The translations under genes and the position numbers were made by a program. Source: an uncultured Gemmataceae bacterium (GTDB lineage: Bacteria > Planctomycetota > Planctomycetia > Gemmatales > Gemmataceae). From it: a stretch of DNA of 64,000 nucleotides. Within the stretch, counting starts at the first letter, position 1. The number at the start of each line of letters is the position of its first letter. Below, piece by piece: positions 23,582 to 34,411 of the stretch. The notes beneath the pieces are model-generated. The model saw nothing but the letters and a program-made list of their open reading frames with translations, was not told the DNA's origin and did not search any database. Where the stretch lies: contig CAVVPN010000012.1 of the NCBI GenBank assembly GCA_963750165.1, forward strand, positions 1,254,142 through 1,318,141, read 5' to 3'.

Positions 23582-24447
23582 GGTGTTGGTTCCTCCGACT
23601 GGTCCGGTCGAGGTTTCCCGACGAAACATCGGTCGGTCAGGACGAGCAGTCCAAGTCCCAGGGGCAGCGTGAACAGAGCCGGGGTGTGGTGGAGCCAGCC
23701 TTCCAGCAGACCGGCGCCGCCAGCGGACACGACGAGGGCAATCGCCAGAATGCGGACCACGTTGGCCCCGATCGCCAGTGGCACTGCTGCGAACAACAGG
23801 GGCAGGCGGCGGGGCCACCTCCGACCTCCAAGATGGCCGACCAGGGCGGCACAGGCCACGAACGCTTCCAGTTGACGCAGACCGCTGCACTCCTCCGCAA
23901 CCACCAGGGGCTCATCGACGCCGGCCAGGCGGATGACGTTGCCGTATCGGTAGCAAACGAGGAAGCATTCCAGCACGGCAGTGCTCGACCAGGACACGGC
24001 ATCCATGAGCCACAGTCCTGCGGCGGCGGTCCATCGGAATGGCAGTGGGAACAGGAAAAACAGGAACGCCAGGGGGAAACGGAAGCGCCGCGCCCAGGCC
24101 AGCCCGCCCAGCACCAGGGCCGCCCCGCGCAGGACCAGCACCAGGCCGACGTAATCCACCAGCGGCTGACCCAGGACTCTGGCGGCCAGGTGCAACAGAC
24201 ACCCCGCCAGGATTTCCAGAGACCCGAGTCCCGGCCGAGCCTCGCCCCGGAGTGGCCCCTGACGGGCACAGCGCCAGGCCAGCCAGGCGGCGACCGGCAG
24301 CACCAGGAACCCGTGCGAATAGTTCGGATCGGACCCCCAGAGTGCCAGTAACTCGACGACGGTGCCGCCGTACAGCGCCACCACCAGCAGCGCACTCAAC
24401 CCACCCCCGAGTACCATCCGAACCGGGCAGGAAGACTGGGCTGACAT
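23578..24447 (-). CDS. Exosortase
   Basis: DPNYSHGFLV, VAEECSGL (catalytic Cys), ANVVRI (Arg), WLHH (His); multi-TM. Confidence 0.9.
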   Translation of the reverse strand: MSAQSSCPVRMVLGGGLSALLVVALYGGTVVELLALWGSDPNYSHGFLVLPVAAWLAWRCARQGPLRGEARPGLGSLEILAGCLLHLAARVLGQPLVDYVGLVLVLRGAALVLGGLAWARRFRFPLAFLFFLFPLPFRWTAAAGLWLMDAVSWSSTAVLECFLVCYRYGNVIRLAGVDEPLVVAEECSGLRQLEAFVACAALVGHLGGRRWPRRLPLLFAAVPLAIGANVVRILAIALVVSAGGAGLLEGWLHHTPALFTLPLGLGLLVLTDRCFVGKPRPDQSEEPTP

Positions 24448-24995
24448 TTCCAGACTTTCCGGGGAGAGGGGATGGCCCCCCGGGGAAAGACCCGCGTTCA
24501 CCTGAGAACCTCGCCATCGTACCGGCTCGAACCCACTGCTAGAAACCAGGACCCGGAAAGCCGGGGAAGAGAAATCGCGCAAGGAACTATGCCCGCCGTT
24601 TTCCTGGCGACCAAGTTGTTGCGGTCGCTCAATACGGGATTTTCCCAGGGCCGGTGGTAAACCGGAACAAGGGTAGGCAATCTGCCGGCAAGCCCTGACA
24701 GGGAACCGGGAAAAATTACAAACGCCTCTTTGCGGAACGTGGACTATGGTTAATCTGATGGACAAACTCCCAGGCCGTACTGGGGAAAAACTTAGTACCA
24801 CCCTTGCGTTTGCTCCCTCGGAGAGTCCAAGAAATTCACCCATTCCGTCCCGCCCGGTCGGAAGCGAGTCTGCGGCGTCCCAGGGACGGATTTGGTAATT
24901 CGCGCCGTGAGGTTCAGGAGGATATTTCTGGCAATTTTCAGGCGCAGAGTCGCGCAGAGGGGGGAACGCAGCACAGGAATCGCTGGAGAATCCTA

Positions 24996-27900
24996 GTGAC
25001 TGTCCCCTCGCGCAACCGCTTTTCCGCATTGATTCGCAAGTGGTTCTTGGCTGACCGGCGTCTCCCCCACTCCCGATCAACACCCGTCCGCCGGGTTCGA
25101 CTCTCCTTTGACCAGCTCGAAGACCGGACGGTTCTGTCCCCGGTGCCCCTGGCCACGCTCAACGTCCCGGCCCAGAACTTCATCGGCGAAAACCTGGATT
25201 TCGATGTCAGTTTTCAGAACGCCAGCGGCACGCCTACGGATGTGGGCTACGGCCCGTTCATCGACCTGGTGTTGCCGTACAACGGCGCCCTCGGCAACCA
25301 CGGTACGTCCACGCCCAACGGCATCAACTTCCTGAGTGCCACTTACCTCGGCCAGCCGGTGACGGCCACGGTCCAGACCTTCCCTGGTCCCGGCGTCACG
25401 GGGACCGTCAACGATCCCTACGCCGTGGATACCACCAACACCCCGCTCCCGGTCCAGGGCACTGCTGGCGACGAACTGGTGACGCTGCAGCTGCCTTTCG
25501 GCTCCTTCACGCCGGGACAGCCCGCGGCCGATGTGGTCGTCCACACTTCGCTGAGCAATCTGGCAGTCCTGGGCACGCCACTGCCCATCGAAGCCCGCGC
25601 CGGCTTCCAGTACGGAGCCGACCCACTCAACGACCCGTCCACCGACCCAAGCATCGTCAACTCCTTCAGCAACAACAGCGCCACCTGGAGCAGTGAGTCG
25701 GTCACACCCACACTGATCAAATTGACCAAGACCTACCTCGGACCGGAGCAGGAAACCGCCACGGGCCCGGACTTCCCGCACCAGTACCTCCTCAACGTGG
25801 ACGTGGCCAACGGCCAGACGATCAACAACCTCGACATCACCGACGTGCTGCCGAACAACATGCAGTTCGTGAGCGTCAACTCGGTCACCGGCACCGGCAC
25901 CACCCTGGTGACCACGCCGGCCGGGAACACCGCGACCACCACCACCCCAGGCGGTATCCTGATCCGCCAGCTGAACCAGGTGACCGGCACCACCGGGAGC
26001 GACGATGCCCAGCTGCTCTTCACCTTTTACATTCCGCGCGACGACAACATGGGCAACCAGGTGCTGGACCTGACCAGCGGCGCCTTCACGACCTCGACCG
26101 ACCAGGCTTCCGCCCAGGGCACCTGGACGCCCATCGACCCTCGGCAATCGACGACGACCGTGACCAGCAACGTGGCCACGAACACCATCACCGACAAGTC
26201 CATCGCCATCCAGAAATCCGTGGCGGACGTGATCGACACAGGCGCCCTGGGTCCGACCCCCGGCGACACCTTGCTGTACACGCTGAACATCCAGGTCTCG
26301 GATTTCTTCGCCTTCAACAACCTCGTCGCCCTGGACCAGTTCTCGGACGGCCAGAGCTTCGACCCCACCTACATGCCGACCCTCACGGTGACCGAACAGG
26401 GCAGCACGACCTCCGGAACCCTCGCGACCGCCAACTACGTCCTGGGCAGCCAGGACGGCACGACCGGTATCACCCCGCTCACCTTCAATCTCTCGAACGA
26501 ACTGCTCAGCCGGGCGTTCTTCGGCGGCATGATGCTGGGCGGGTCCATCCCGCCTGGCGGCACCGGCAGTTCGGCCACGCTGCCGAGCCCGACCCCGAGC
26601 TTCGGGGCCGCCACCGCGACCATCACGTTCCGCACGACGATCAACGACGCCTACAACGTGACGTACCCCAGCGGCGACGCCGCCGTGGACGAAGGCGACG
26701 TGCTGTCCAACAACGTGAACGTCACCGGCAACGTCCTGAGTTACAGCAACCTGACCCCGGACGGCAACACCCGCACCGACAACAGCAGCGCGGGAGTGAC
26801 CATCGCCCGCGGCGTCCTCTCCAAGTCCATCTACGCCATCAACGGGAACACGACCGTCCCGGCGACGTCCCAGGTGTCCCCCGGCGACATGGTCACTTAC
26901 CGCCTGCAATACACCCTGCCGACCTCCTCGGCCGAGAGCGTTGTGCTGTCCGACTTCCTGCCGCTGCCGGTCTTCAGTGCCACAGAAGTGACGACGTTCA
27001 ATAACACTACCACGGGCATTCCCGCCGCCGGCCAGGCCCAGTACGGCCCCGGGGCCACGTTCCACAGCATCTTCCCGACCGCGGTGCCGACCGTGACCAC
27101 GGACGCGGCCGCCAACAGCGTGGCCTTCAACTTCGGCACCTTTAACGACCCGCAGAATCGCACTTCCACCATCGACATCCTGTTCACGGTCACGGTCAGC
27201 GACCAACCCTTCGCCGACGGGCTGTTCCTGACCAACCAGGCCCACGAGTCCGAAGGCAGCACCTTCGACCAGACCGCGACCGCCAACGCCATCGTCCAGA
27301 TCAAGGTGGATGAGCCCTCCATCGTGGCGATCCGTAAGGGCATCGTCTCGACCGACGACCCCGCCAACCAGTTCTCGGCTCCGATTTCACCGGCCGGCGT
27401 CACCTTCCAGGCACCCGACCAGCCCGCCAACGGCGGCGGCGGCCAGTTCACTGGCCTGATCGACTCGGCCAACCTGGGCAGTTCCCTCAACGCGAACGTC
27501 TCGGGCGTGGACGCAGGCGACCTGGTGAAGTTCGTCCTGACCGTGCAAAACACCGGCTCAAGCCCCCACGGCGCCTTCGACATCACCTTCACCGACAACC
27601 TGCCGGCCGGCTTCGCCATCCCGAGCACCGTTCAGGGCCTCAACCTGAACATCACCGATGGCTCCGGCATCCCGCTCAACTATGTAGGCCTCGGCGGCGG
27701 TCCCGACGGCATCAACGGCACCCCTGACGACCTCTTCGGCAATGGCATCGAACTGGTGGACCCGAGTTCCACCGAGGGCGCCCTGGCCCCCGGGCAGGAC
27801 GCGAACGGCAATGTCATCGCCGACGGCCACAACATCGCGATCGTCACCTTTGATCTGGCCCTCACCGGCTCGGTCACGCCCCAGGAGACGATCACCAACA

Positions 27901-30900
27901 CCGCGACGCTGGCGAACTACGCGGGCACCCCGGGCGGCCCGAACTACACCGGCCTGAACGGCAACAACACCGACACGGCGACTACCACGATTGCCAGCCC
28001 GTCGGCCTCGAAAATCCTGGTTGGCACCTCCATCACTAACGCGAATAACAGTGCAACCCAGGCGGTCATCGGCGAGACGGCGACCTATTCCGTGACCGTC
28101 ACCGTGCCCGAAGGACAGTCGCCGAACCTGGCCGTGGTCGATACGCTGGGCCCCGGCCTGGCGTTCGTGGCTCTCACCGGAGTGAGTCGGTCGAGCACTG
28201 ACCTGACCACCACCCAGGGCACGGGCGACTTCTCGCAGGTCAGCGACTTCGCACCGACCGTGACCGGAAACGGCCTGAACGTCACCTTCAACCTCGGCAC
28301 CGTCACGAACGCCAACCGTGACAACAGTGTGGCGGAAACCATCACGTTGACTTACACCGCCGTGGTGCTGGACGTTGCCGGCAACCAGAGCGGCACCCAG
28401 CTACGCAACTCGGCCCAGGTCACCTGGGCAGGCGGCAACATCGCCTCGGTGTCGGCGCCCAGCGTGACGGTGATCGAGCCGAAACTGCTCTCCACCAAAA
28501 CCGTGGTGGTCAACGGCAGCGGCACCACCGGCGACGCGGGCGACCCTGTCTTATACACCATTACCCTGAGCCAGCCCGCCGCCAGCCAGACCGACGCCTT
28601 CAACGTGACCTTCCTCGACAACATCTCGACCCTCATCAACGTCGCCGGTTACAGCGTCGTGGACAGCGCCGGCCTCGTGACCGCCGCGGACATCACACTG
28701 ACGGGCAACACCCTGCAAACCGCCTCGGCGAACGGCTTCGACTGGCTGTACAACCCCTCCCGGACCATTACCATTACCGTCACCGGGACGTTAACCCAGG
28801 CGGTGATGCCTGGTCAGGTCATCCCCAACAACGCGGACCTGTACTGGACCAGCTTGCCCGGCAACCCAGGACAGATCTCCTCCTACAACACGAACTCCAC
28901 GGAACGAACCGGGGCCGGCGGCGTCGATGACTATTTCTCCCAGAGCACTGCGGACGTTCAGATCGTCACCCCCACGCCGGTCAAGATGGTGGTAGCGACC
29001 TCGGAAGCCTCCACCGCGGGGAACAACGTGGCCATCGGTGAGATCGTCCACTACCACCTCGCCACCGTGATCGCGGAAGGCTCTGCCCCAGGCTTCGTGC
29101 TGATCGACAACATGCCGGCGGGACTGGAATTCCTGAACGACGGCACGGCCACGGTCGCCTTCGTGGCCAACCAGGCCGGCATCAGTTCCTCGGGGCCCCT
29201 GGCCATCAGCGGCGCTGGCCTGGACATCACCGGCAACACCGGGAACGTGACGCCGACCTTCGCCCTGCCGGACATCAACGTCTCCAGCAGCGCCACCAGC
29301 AACGTGGACAATTACGGCTCCGGCACGTCGGTGTACTTCAAGATGGGCGACCTGGCCAACGGCGACCGCGACGCGGACTCCGAGTACGTCGTCGTGGAAT
29401 TCAACGCCCTGGTCCTGAACGTGACCGGCAATCACCGGGGCGTGAACCTGGACAACACCTACACGGTGCAGGTCAACAACACCAACATCGCCACCTCCGC
29501 CGCCGCCCGCGTGACGGTGGTCGAGCCGAACGTCACCGTCGCCAAGACCGTGACGACGGTCCCCACCGACGCCGGGGACACGGTCGTGTACAGCATCGTC
29601 ATCACCAACAACACCAGTGTGGGGAACGTCTCGACGGCCTTCGACGTTCATGCCCTGGACACCCTCAATGCCAACCTGACCATCAACAACCCAGCCACGG
29701 ACGTAGCCGTCGTCAGCCAGCCCGGCTACGCCACCGTCACCAACAACTCGACCGCCGGCGCGGTGGACGTATCGATCAACCAGCTCCAACCGGGCAACTC
29801 CGTGACGCTGCAGGTAACAGCGCATGTGTCCGCCACCGCCGTGGCCGGCGTGACCATCCCCAACAGTGTCGCCGTCACCTACACCAGCCTGCCGGGAACC
29901 GGCACTCAGGGCAACCCGACCGGCTCCAACACTCCCGGCGGCAGCGGCGCCGGCAACGGCGAGCGCGACGGCTCCGGCGGGGCGGGCACCCTCAACGGCT
30001 ACGACAGCAGCGCATCCGCCAGCGTGACCCTAGCCACGCCGCAGATCACGAAGCAGTTCGCCGACGTGCCGGATCCGACCAGTGAACCGTCCACCACCGG
30101 CAGCAACGTCGCCATCGGCGAGACCGTGTCTTACGACCTGCTGGTCACGCTGCCCGAGGGCGTCACCCAGAACCTGGTGGTGACGGACACGCCAGCTGCC
30201 GGCCTCGGCTACGTCGGCTACAGCATCATCACCACGGCCGGTGGCCGGCTCGCCGCCGACTACAACGGCACCCTGCCGGCGCCCGTCGTGACCGCGTCCG
30301 GCGGCAGTGAACTGTTCACCTTTGGCAACGTCACCACCGCGGATGACAATGTCGCCGACAACAACGCCTTCGTGATCCGGGTCACCGCCCACGTGCTGAA
30401 CGTCGGTGGCAACGTCACCGGCACCACCCTGCCCAATCACGGCTCCCTGACCTACACCAACGGCACCAGCGGCACCAACACCACGGTCAACAGCCCGATG
30501 GATCCGACCGTCACGGTGGTGCAACCCCAGCTGACCATCGCTAAAACCTTCAGCATTACCCGCGGCGACGCCGGCGATCCGGTCACCGTGACGCTGACGA
30601 TGCAGAACACCGGCAACGCCACCGCGTTCGACGTGACCCTGGCTGACCCCATCAATCCGGCCAACCTCACCAACATCGCCGCGGGTACCACGCCGGCGGG
30701 GTTCACCTTCGGCTACGCCGCCAACACCGTGACCTACACCGGCCCTTCCATCGCTCCGAACACCACCCTCACGTTCGCCTTCACCGCCAACCTGACCACC
30801 ACGGTTGCCCCGGGCACGACGGTCGGCAACACCGCCACCGTCACGCAGTACTCAAGCCTGCCGGGTGCTGTCCCAGGAGAGCGGACTTACGGGCCGGTGT

Positions 30901-32639
30901 CGGGCAGCGCCACGCTTACCGTGAACACCAACGCGATCAGCGGGTTCGTCTATCGGGACAATAACAATAACGGCAGCTATGAGCCGGGCCTGGGCGAAAC
31001 CGGTATCGGTTCCGTCGCGATTTCCCTCACGGGCACGGATTACCTGGGCAATACTGTCAATGTCATGACGACGACGGCGGCCAACGATTCGTACAGCTTC
31101 ACAGGCTTGCGGCCGGGGACGTATCAGCTCGCCGAGACGCAGCCCGCGGGGTTCCTGAGTGGCAAGGACACGTCCGGCACCATGTTCGGCGGCACCGCCA
31201 ACTCGGCGGCGGATCAGATCACGGGGATCACGATTCCGCGCGAATCCAACACTGCGGGTGTGAGCTACAACTTCGGCGAACTGGTGCCGGCGAGCGTGGC
31301 CGGCTTCGTGTACGAGGACAGCAACAACGATGGCATCAAACAGGCCGGCGAGCCCTTCATCCCCGGCGTGGCGATCACCCTGACGGGCACCGACGACCTC
31401 GGGAACATGGTGAACCAGACGACCACCACCTCGGCGGTGGACGGTTCGTACAGCTTCACGAACCTGCGACCCGGCTCCTACGGGATTCAGGAGACGCAGC
31501 CGGCGGCGTACCTGGACGGCAAGGACACCATCGGCACGCAGGGCGGCACCACGACCAATGATCGCTTCAGCGTCAACCTGAATGCGGGTGTGACCGGGAC
31601 CATGAACAACTTCGGGGAGTTGCGGCCCGCCCAGATCGGCGGGTTCGTGTACGACGACAGTTCAAACGACAACGGCGTCAAGGATCCCGGCGAACCAGGT
31701 ATTAGCGGCGTGACCCTCACCCTGACAGGAACCAACGACCTCGGCAACATGGTGAGCCAGACCACGACCACCGCGGCGGACGGCTCGTACAGTTTCGGGA
31801 CACTCAGGCCGGGCACTTACCAGATCACCGAGACGCAGCCAGCGGCTTACCTGGAGGGCAAGGACGCGGTCGGCACGCAGGGCGGGAGCAACACGATCAA
31901 CGACGTGATCTCCGGGGCGGTGCTCACTGAGGGAACCAACGGGCAGAACAACAACTTCGGTGAACTGCGGCCGTCGAGCCTGTCCGGCTTCGTGTACCAG
32001 GACACGAACAACAACGGCATGATGGATCCCAGCGAGAACGGCATCCACGGCGTCACCGTGACCCTGACGGGGACGGACGACGTCGGCAACGCGGTCAACC
32101 AGACGTTTGTGACTGGTAGCACCGGTGCGTACTCGTTCACGAACCTGCGGCCGGGTACGTATACGGTCGTGGAAACCCAGCCGAGCAACTGGGTGGAAGG
32201 CAAGGACACACTGGGCATCTCGAGCGGCAACGCCGCCACTCAGGACCAGTTCACCAACGTCGTCCTGGGGGGTGGCGTGAACGCCACTGGCTACCTGTTC
32301 GGCGAACTGGCGCCGGTGGTGACCAATATCACCGGTCAGGTGAAGACGACCCTGTGCGGCCTGGTTTACAACCGCAGCACGAGACTGTGGTCGGAAAGTG
32401 TCACGTTCACCAACACGAGTGCCGTGACGATGACCGGCACCTTCCAGATGGTGCTCAACAACCTGCCGCCGGGGGTGACGCTGACGAACGCCAGCGGCTA
32501 CACGCCAGGTGGCAGTCCGTTCATCCTGGTGACCCAGAGTTCGCTGGCGCCCGGGGCTACCCTGTCGGTGTTGCTCCAGTTTTCGACGACCGGGGCGCCC
32601 GTCAGCTTCACGACGCAGTTGTACTCCGGCGTTTATTGA
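24996..32639 (+). CDS. Giant (~2550 aa) surface adhesin: planctomycete LEDR motif, DUF11/isopeptide-type Ig repeats, four SdrD-B-like repeats
   Basis: RLSFDQLEDRTVLS; repeated xxEPxxxxxK...GD/ExxxY...LxN units; four SGFVYxDxNNNG...LTGTD...LRPGTY..ETQP repeats at about 30940-32310. Confidence 0.85.
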   Translation: MTVPSRNRFSALIRKWFLADRRLPHSRSTPVRRVRLSFDQLEDRTVLSPVPLATLNVPAQNFIGENLDFDVSFQNASGTPTDVGYGPFIDLVLPYNGALGNHGTSTPNGINFLSATYLGQPVTATVQTFPGPGVTGTVNDPYAVDTTNTPLPVQGTAGDELVTLQLPFGSFTPGQPAADVVVHTSLSNLAVLGTPLPIEARAGFQYGADPLNDPSTDPSIVNSFSNNSATWSSESVTPTLIKLTKTYLGPEQETATGPDFPHQYLLNVDVANGQTINNLDITDVLPNNMQFVSVNSVTGTGTTLVTTPAGNTATTTTPGGILIRQLNQVTGTTGSDDAQLLFTFYIPRDDNMGNQVLDLTSGAFTTSTDQASAQGTWTPIDPRQSTTTVTSNVATNTITDKSIAIQKSVADVIDTGALGPTPGDTLLYTLNIQVSDFFAFNNLVALDQFSDGQSFDPTYMPTLTVTEQGSTTSGTLATANYVLGSQDGTTGITPLTFNLSNELLSRAFFGGMMLGGSIPPGGTGSSATLPSPTPSFGAATATITFRTTINDAYNVTYPSGDAAVDEGDVLSNNVNVTGNVLSYSNLTPDGNTRTDNSSAGVTIARGVLSKSIYAINGNTTVPATSQVSPGDMVTYRLQYTLPTSSAESVVLSDFLPLPVFSATEVTTFNNTTTGIPAAGQAQYGPGATFHSIFPTAVPTVTTDAAANSVAFNFGTFNDPQNRTSTIDILFTVTVSDQPFADGLFLTNQAHESEGSTFDQTATANAIVQIKVDEPSIVAIRKGIVSTDDPANQFSAPISPAGVTFQAPDQPANGGGGQFTGLIDSANLGSSLNANVSGVDAGDLVKFVLTVQNTGSSPHGAFDITFTDNLPAGFAIPSTVQGLNLNITDGSGIPLNYVGLGGGPDGINGTPDDLFGNGIELVDPSSTEGALAPGQDANGNVIADGHNIAIVTFDLALTGSVTPQETITNTATLANYAGTPGGPNYTGLNGNNTDTATTTIASPSASKILVGTSITNANNSATQAVIGETATYSVTVTVPEGQSPNLAVVDTLGPGLAFVALTGVSRSSTDLTTTQGTGDFSQVSDFAPTVTGNGLNVTFNLGTVTNANRDNSVAETITLTYTAVVLDVAGNQSGTQLRNSAQVTWAGGNIASVSAPSVTVIEPKLLSTKTVVVNGSGTTGDAGDPVLYTITLSQPAASQTDAFNVTFLDNISTLINVAGYSVVDSAGLVTAADITLTGNTLQTASANGFDWLYNPSRTITITVTGTLTQAVMPGQVIPNNADLYWTSLPGNPGQISSYNTNSTERTGAGGVDDYFSQSTADVQIVTPTPVKMVVATSEASTAGNNVAIGEIVHYHLATVIAEGSAPGFVLIDNMPAGLEFLNDGTATVAFVANQAGISSSGPLAISGAGLDITGNTGNVTPTFALPDINVSSSATSNVDNYGSGTSVYFKMGDLANGDRDADSEYVVVEFNALVLNVTGNHRGVNLDNTYTVQVNNTNIATSAAARVTVVEPNVTVAKTVTTVPTDAGDTVVYSIVITNNTSVGNVSTAFDVHALDTLNANLTINNPATDVAVVSQPGYATVTNNSTAGAVDVSINQLQPGNSVTLQVTAHVSATAVAGVTIPNSVAVTYTSLPGTGTQGNPTGSNTPGGSGAGNGERDGSGGAGTLNGYDSSASASVTLATPQITKQFADVPDPTSEPSTTGSNVAIGETVSYDLLVTLPEGVTQNLVVTDTPAAGLGYVGYSIITTAGGRLAADYNGTLPAPVVTASGGSELFTFGNVTTADDNVADNNAFVIRVTAHVLNVGGNVTGTTLPNHGSLTYTNGTSGTNTTVNSPMDPTVTVVQPQLTIAKTFSITRGDAGDPVTVTLTMQNTGNATAFDVTLADPINPANLTNIAAGTTPAGFTFGYAANTVTYTGPSIAPNTTLTFAFTANLTTTVAPGTTVGNTATVTQYSSLPGAVPGERTYGPVSGSATLTVNTNAISGFVYRDNNNNGSYEPGLGETGIGSVAISLTGTDYLGNTVNVMTTTAANDSYSFTGLRPGTYQLAETQPAGFLSGKDTSGTMFGGTANSAADQITGITIPRESNTAGVSYNFGELVPASVAGFVYEDSNNDGIKQAGEPFIPGVAITLTGTDDLGNMVNQTTTTSAVDGSYSFTNLRPGSYGIQETQPAAYLDGKDTIGTQGGTTTNDRFSVNLNAGVTGTMNNFGELRPAQIGGFVYDDSSNDNGVKDPGEPGISGVTLTLTGTNDLGNMVSQTTTTAADGSYSFGTLRPGTYQITETQPAAYLEGKDAVGTQGGSNTINDVISGAVLTEGTNGQNNNFGELRPSSLSGFVYQDTNNNGMMDPSENGIHGVTVTLTGTDDVGNAVNQTFVTGSTGAYSFTNLRPGTYTVVETQPSNWVEGKDTLGISSGNAATQDQFTNVVLGGGVNATGYLFGELAPVVTNITGQVKTTLCGLVYNRSTRLWSESVTFTNTSAVTMTGTFQMVLNNLPPGVTLTNASGYTPGGSPFILVTQSSLAPGATLSVLLQFSTTGAPVSFTTQLYSGVY

Positions 32640-32692
32640 GGCGCGGCCGCGGGCGGAACCGGGGCCCTTTTGTTTCCGAGACCGAGACCGAG

Positions 32693-33385
32693 ATGACCGC
32701 CATGTTCAGCCTCCAACTGTGGAGCCGAGTGGGGATCGCCGCGCTGGCCGGGGTGCTGGGGTTCGCGGCGGGGGGGCGTGTTTCGGCCGGGCCGATTTAT
32801 TACCAGGTGCAGGTCAACACCTCCGCCCTGGCCGGTCAGACCGGAGACATCCTCTTCCAGTTCAACCCGGCCAGCGCCGCCACGGCCCAGGCCAAGGCCG
32901 TGGTGAGCAACTTTCAGGTGCAGGGCGGTGCAGTCCTGGGACCGCAGCAGTTCGGCCCGGGCTACACTGAGGGCTCGGTCTCGGGCTCTCTGCCCGGCCC
33001 CGCCACGCTGAATAATGCGTTCCCGCCGCCCAACTCCATTGACCACGTCTTCACCTATGGATCCGGCTTCAGCTTCAATGTGGAATTCACCGGGCCAGGG
33101 ACGATCACGCCGTCCCCCAACGGCGAGTCGAGCTTTTTCACGCTGTTCCTCTACGACCAGAACGGCAACACGCCCCTGCAGACGGACCCGAGTGGTGCGT
33201 CCCTGGGCATCTGCGTCGGCGGCAACTGCCAGAACTTCGGTGACCCCGTGGCCATCGCCACCCAGGTCCACCCGACACCCGAGCCCGCGTCCCTGGTAGC
33301 GTTCGGGGCCGCCCTGGTGGCGGCGGTGTACTACTCGCGCTGGCGTCAACGGCGCGTCCTCGCGAAGCCTTCCCGCCCTGCGTAA
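32693..33385 (+). CDS. PEP-CTERM protein (NF038129-like)
   Basis: Signal peptide; YQVQVNTSALAGQTGDILFQFNP; C-terminal TPEPASLVAFGAALVAAVYYSRWRQRR. Confidence 0.88.
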   Translation: MTAMFSLQLWSRVGIAALAGVLGFAAGGRVSAGPIYYQVQVNTSALAGQTGDILFQFNPASAATAQAKAVVSNFQVQGGAVLGPQQFGPGYTEGSVSGSLPGPATLNNAFPPPNSIDHVFTYGSGFSFNVEFTGPGTITPSPNGESSFFTLFLYDQNGNTPLQTDPSGASLGICVGGNCQNFGDPVAIATQVHPTPEPASLVAFGAALVAAVYYSRWRQRRVLAKPSRPA

Positions 33386-33493
33386 GCGCACCGGGGTGAT
33401 CTCAGGTGGTCGAGTCAGCTCCGACCGGTTCGCCGATCCATACAATGCCGGGGTGGGCACTTCGGCGCAGGAAGTCCCGAGAGGAGGACCACG

Positions 33494-33931
33494 ATGAGAC
33501 AATGCACCCCAGGCGCGAGACTGGTGGCGGGCTTGCTGGTGCTCGCCGTGCTGGCCGGGGCGAACGCCCAGGAAAAGACGACGCCGACCTTTGGCCGCCC
33601 GCAGATCGACGCCGTCACCGGGCCGGCGAAAGTCCTCGACAACGCCCGGGTGGTCAACTTCGACAAACTCATCTACCAGGGCAAGATCGATATCAACCCC
33701 ACCCTGGGACGCATCCGCGCGGGCAAGGCCCTCAAGTACAAGAACGACGGCGCCATTTTCCTCAACCGTGAGGGCCGTGTGCCACGCCAGAAGGATCGCG
33801 AGTATTACCGCGAGTTCGTCATGGAGATGAAGGGCGTACCACGGCCGGGACCGCTCCGCGTCGTCATCGGCAAGAAGGGTGAGGTCTACTTCACCGGCGA
33901 CCACTACCAATCCTTTACGCGAGTCCGCTGA
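33494..33931 (+). CDS. Secreted guanyl-specific ribonuclease (barnase/RNase Sa family)
   Basis: Signal peptide (ANA-Q); DGAIFLNREGRVP, YYREF, RVVIG, YFTGDHYQSF. Confidence 0.9.
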   Translation: MRQCTPGARLVAGLLVLAVLAGANAQEKTTPTFGRPQIDAVTGPAKVLDNARVVNFDKLIYQGKIDINPTLGRIRAGKALKYKNDGAIFLNREGRVPRQKDREYYREFVMEMKGVPRPGPLRVVIGKKGEVYFTGDHYQSFTRVR

Positions 33932-34383
33932 TGTCCATTCCCCCTTTCGACACCCTGCTGGCCGAGTGCCGACAGTCGGACGGCCCCGCCGTTGTGCTGG
34001 CCGACGCTCTTTCGCCGCAAGAGGCGGATCGGCTGGCTGCCGACCTGGCCGCCCACCACATCCAGGCCCGCGTGATCGACGGCGCCCGGTTGGCCGGCAA
34101 GGCCGAACTCCTGCAGGCGCTGGCCGCCGCCTTCGACTTCCCGAGCTACTTTGGCCACAACTGGGACGCCCTCATTGATGTCTGGTCCGACCTGTCCTGG
34201 CTGCCGGCGCGCGGCTACGTGTGCGTGCTGCTGAACGCCGACGCCTTCGCTCACACCGACGCCGCCGCCCACAACACCCTGCTCAACCTGGCCGGGCACG
34301 TGGCCGACCGCTGGCACAGCGATGACGAACAGTTCGTGTTCAAGTTGGTTCGGGGCGCCGACTCCACCCCGACAGCGGGTTGA
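33931..34383 (+). CDS. Barstar-family RNase inhibitor
   Basis: FDFPSYFGHNWDALID..SDLSW; TGATG overlap with the RNase gene. Confidence 0.9.
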   Translation: MSIPPFDTLLAECRQSDGPAVVLADALSPQEADRLAADLAAHHIQARVIDGARLAGKAELLQALAAAFDFPSYFGHNWDALIDVWSDLSWLPARGYVCVLLNADAFAHTDAAAHNTLLNLAGHVADRWHSDDEQFVFKLVRGADSTPTAG

Positions 34384-34411
34384 CCGTGTGCCCACTGGGG
34401 AGGGTGAACGG

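Noticed and set aside
30940..32310. DNA repeats in the adhesin as a diversity-generating template/variable pair
   Set aside because: They are diverged in-frame SdrD-B-like domain repeats, with no reverse transcriptase and no evident adenine-specific pattern
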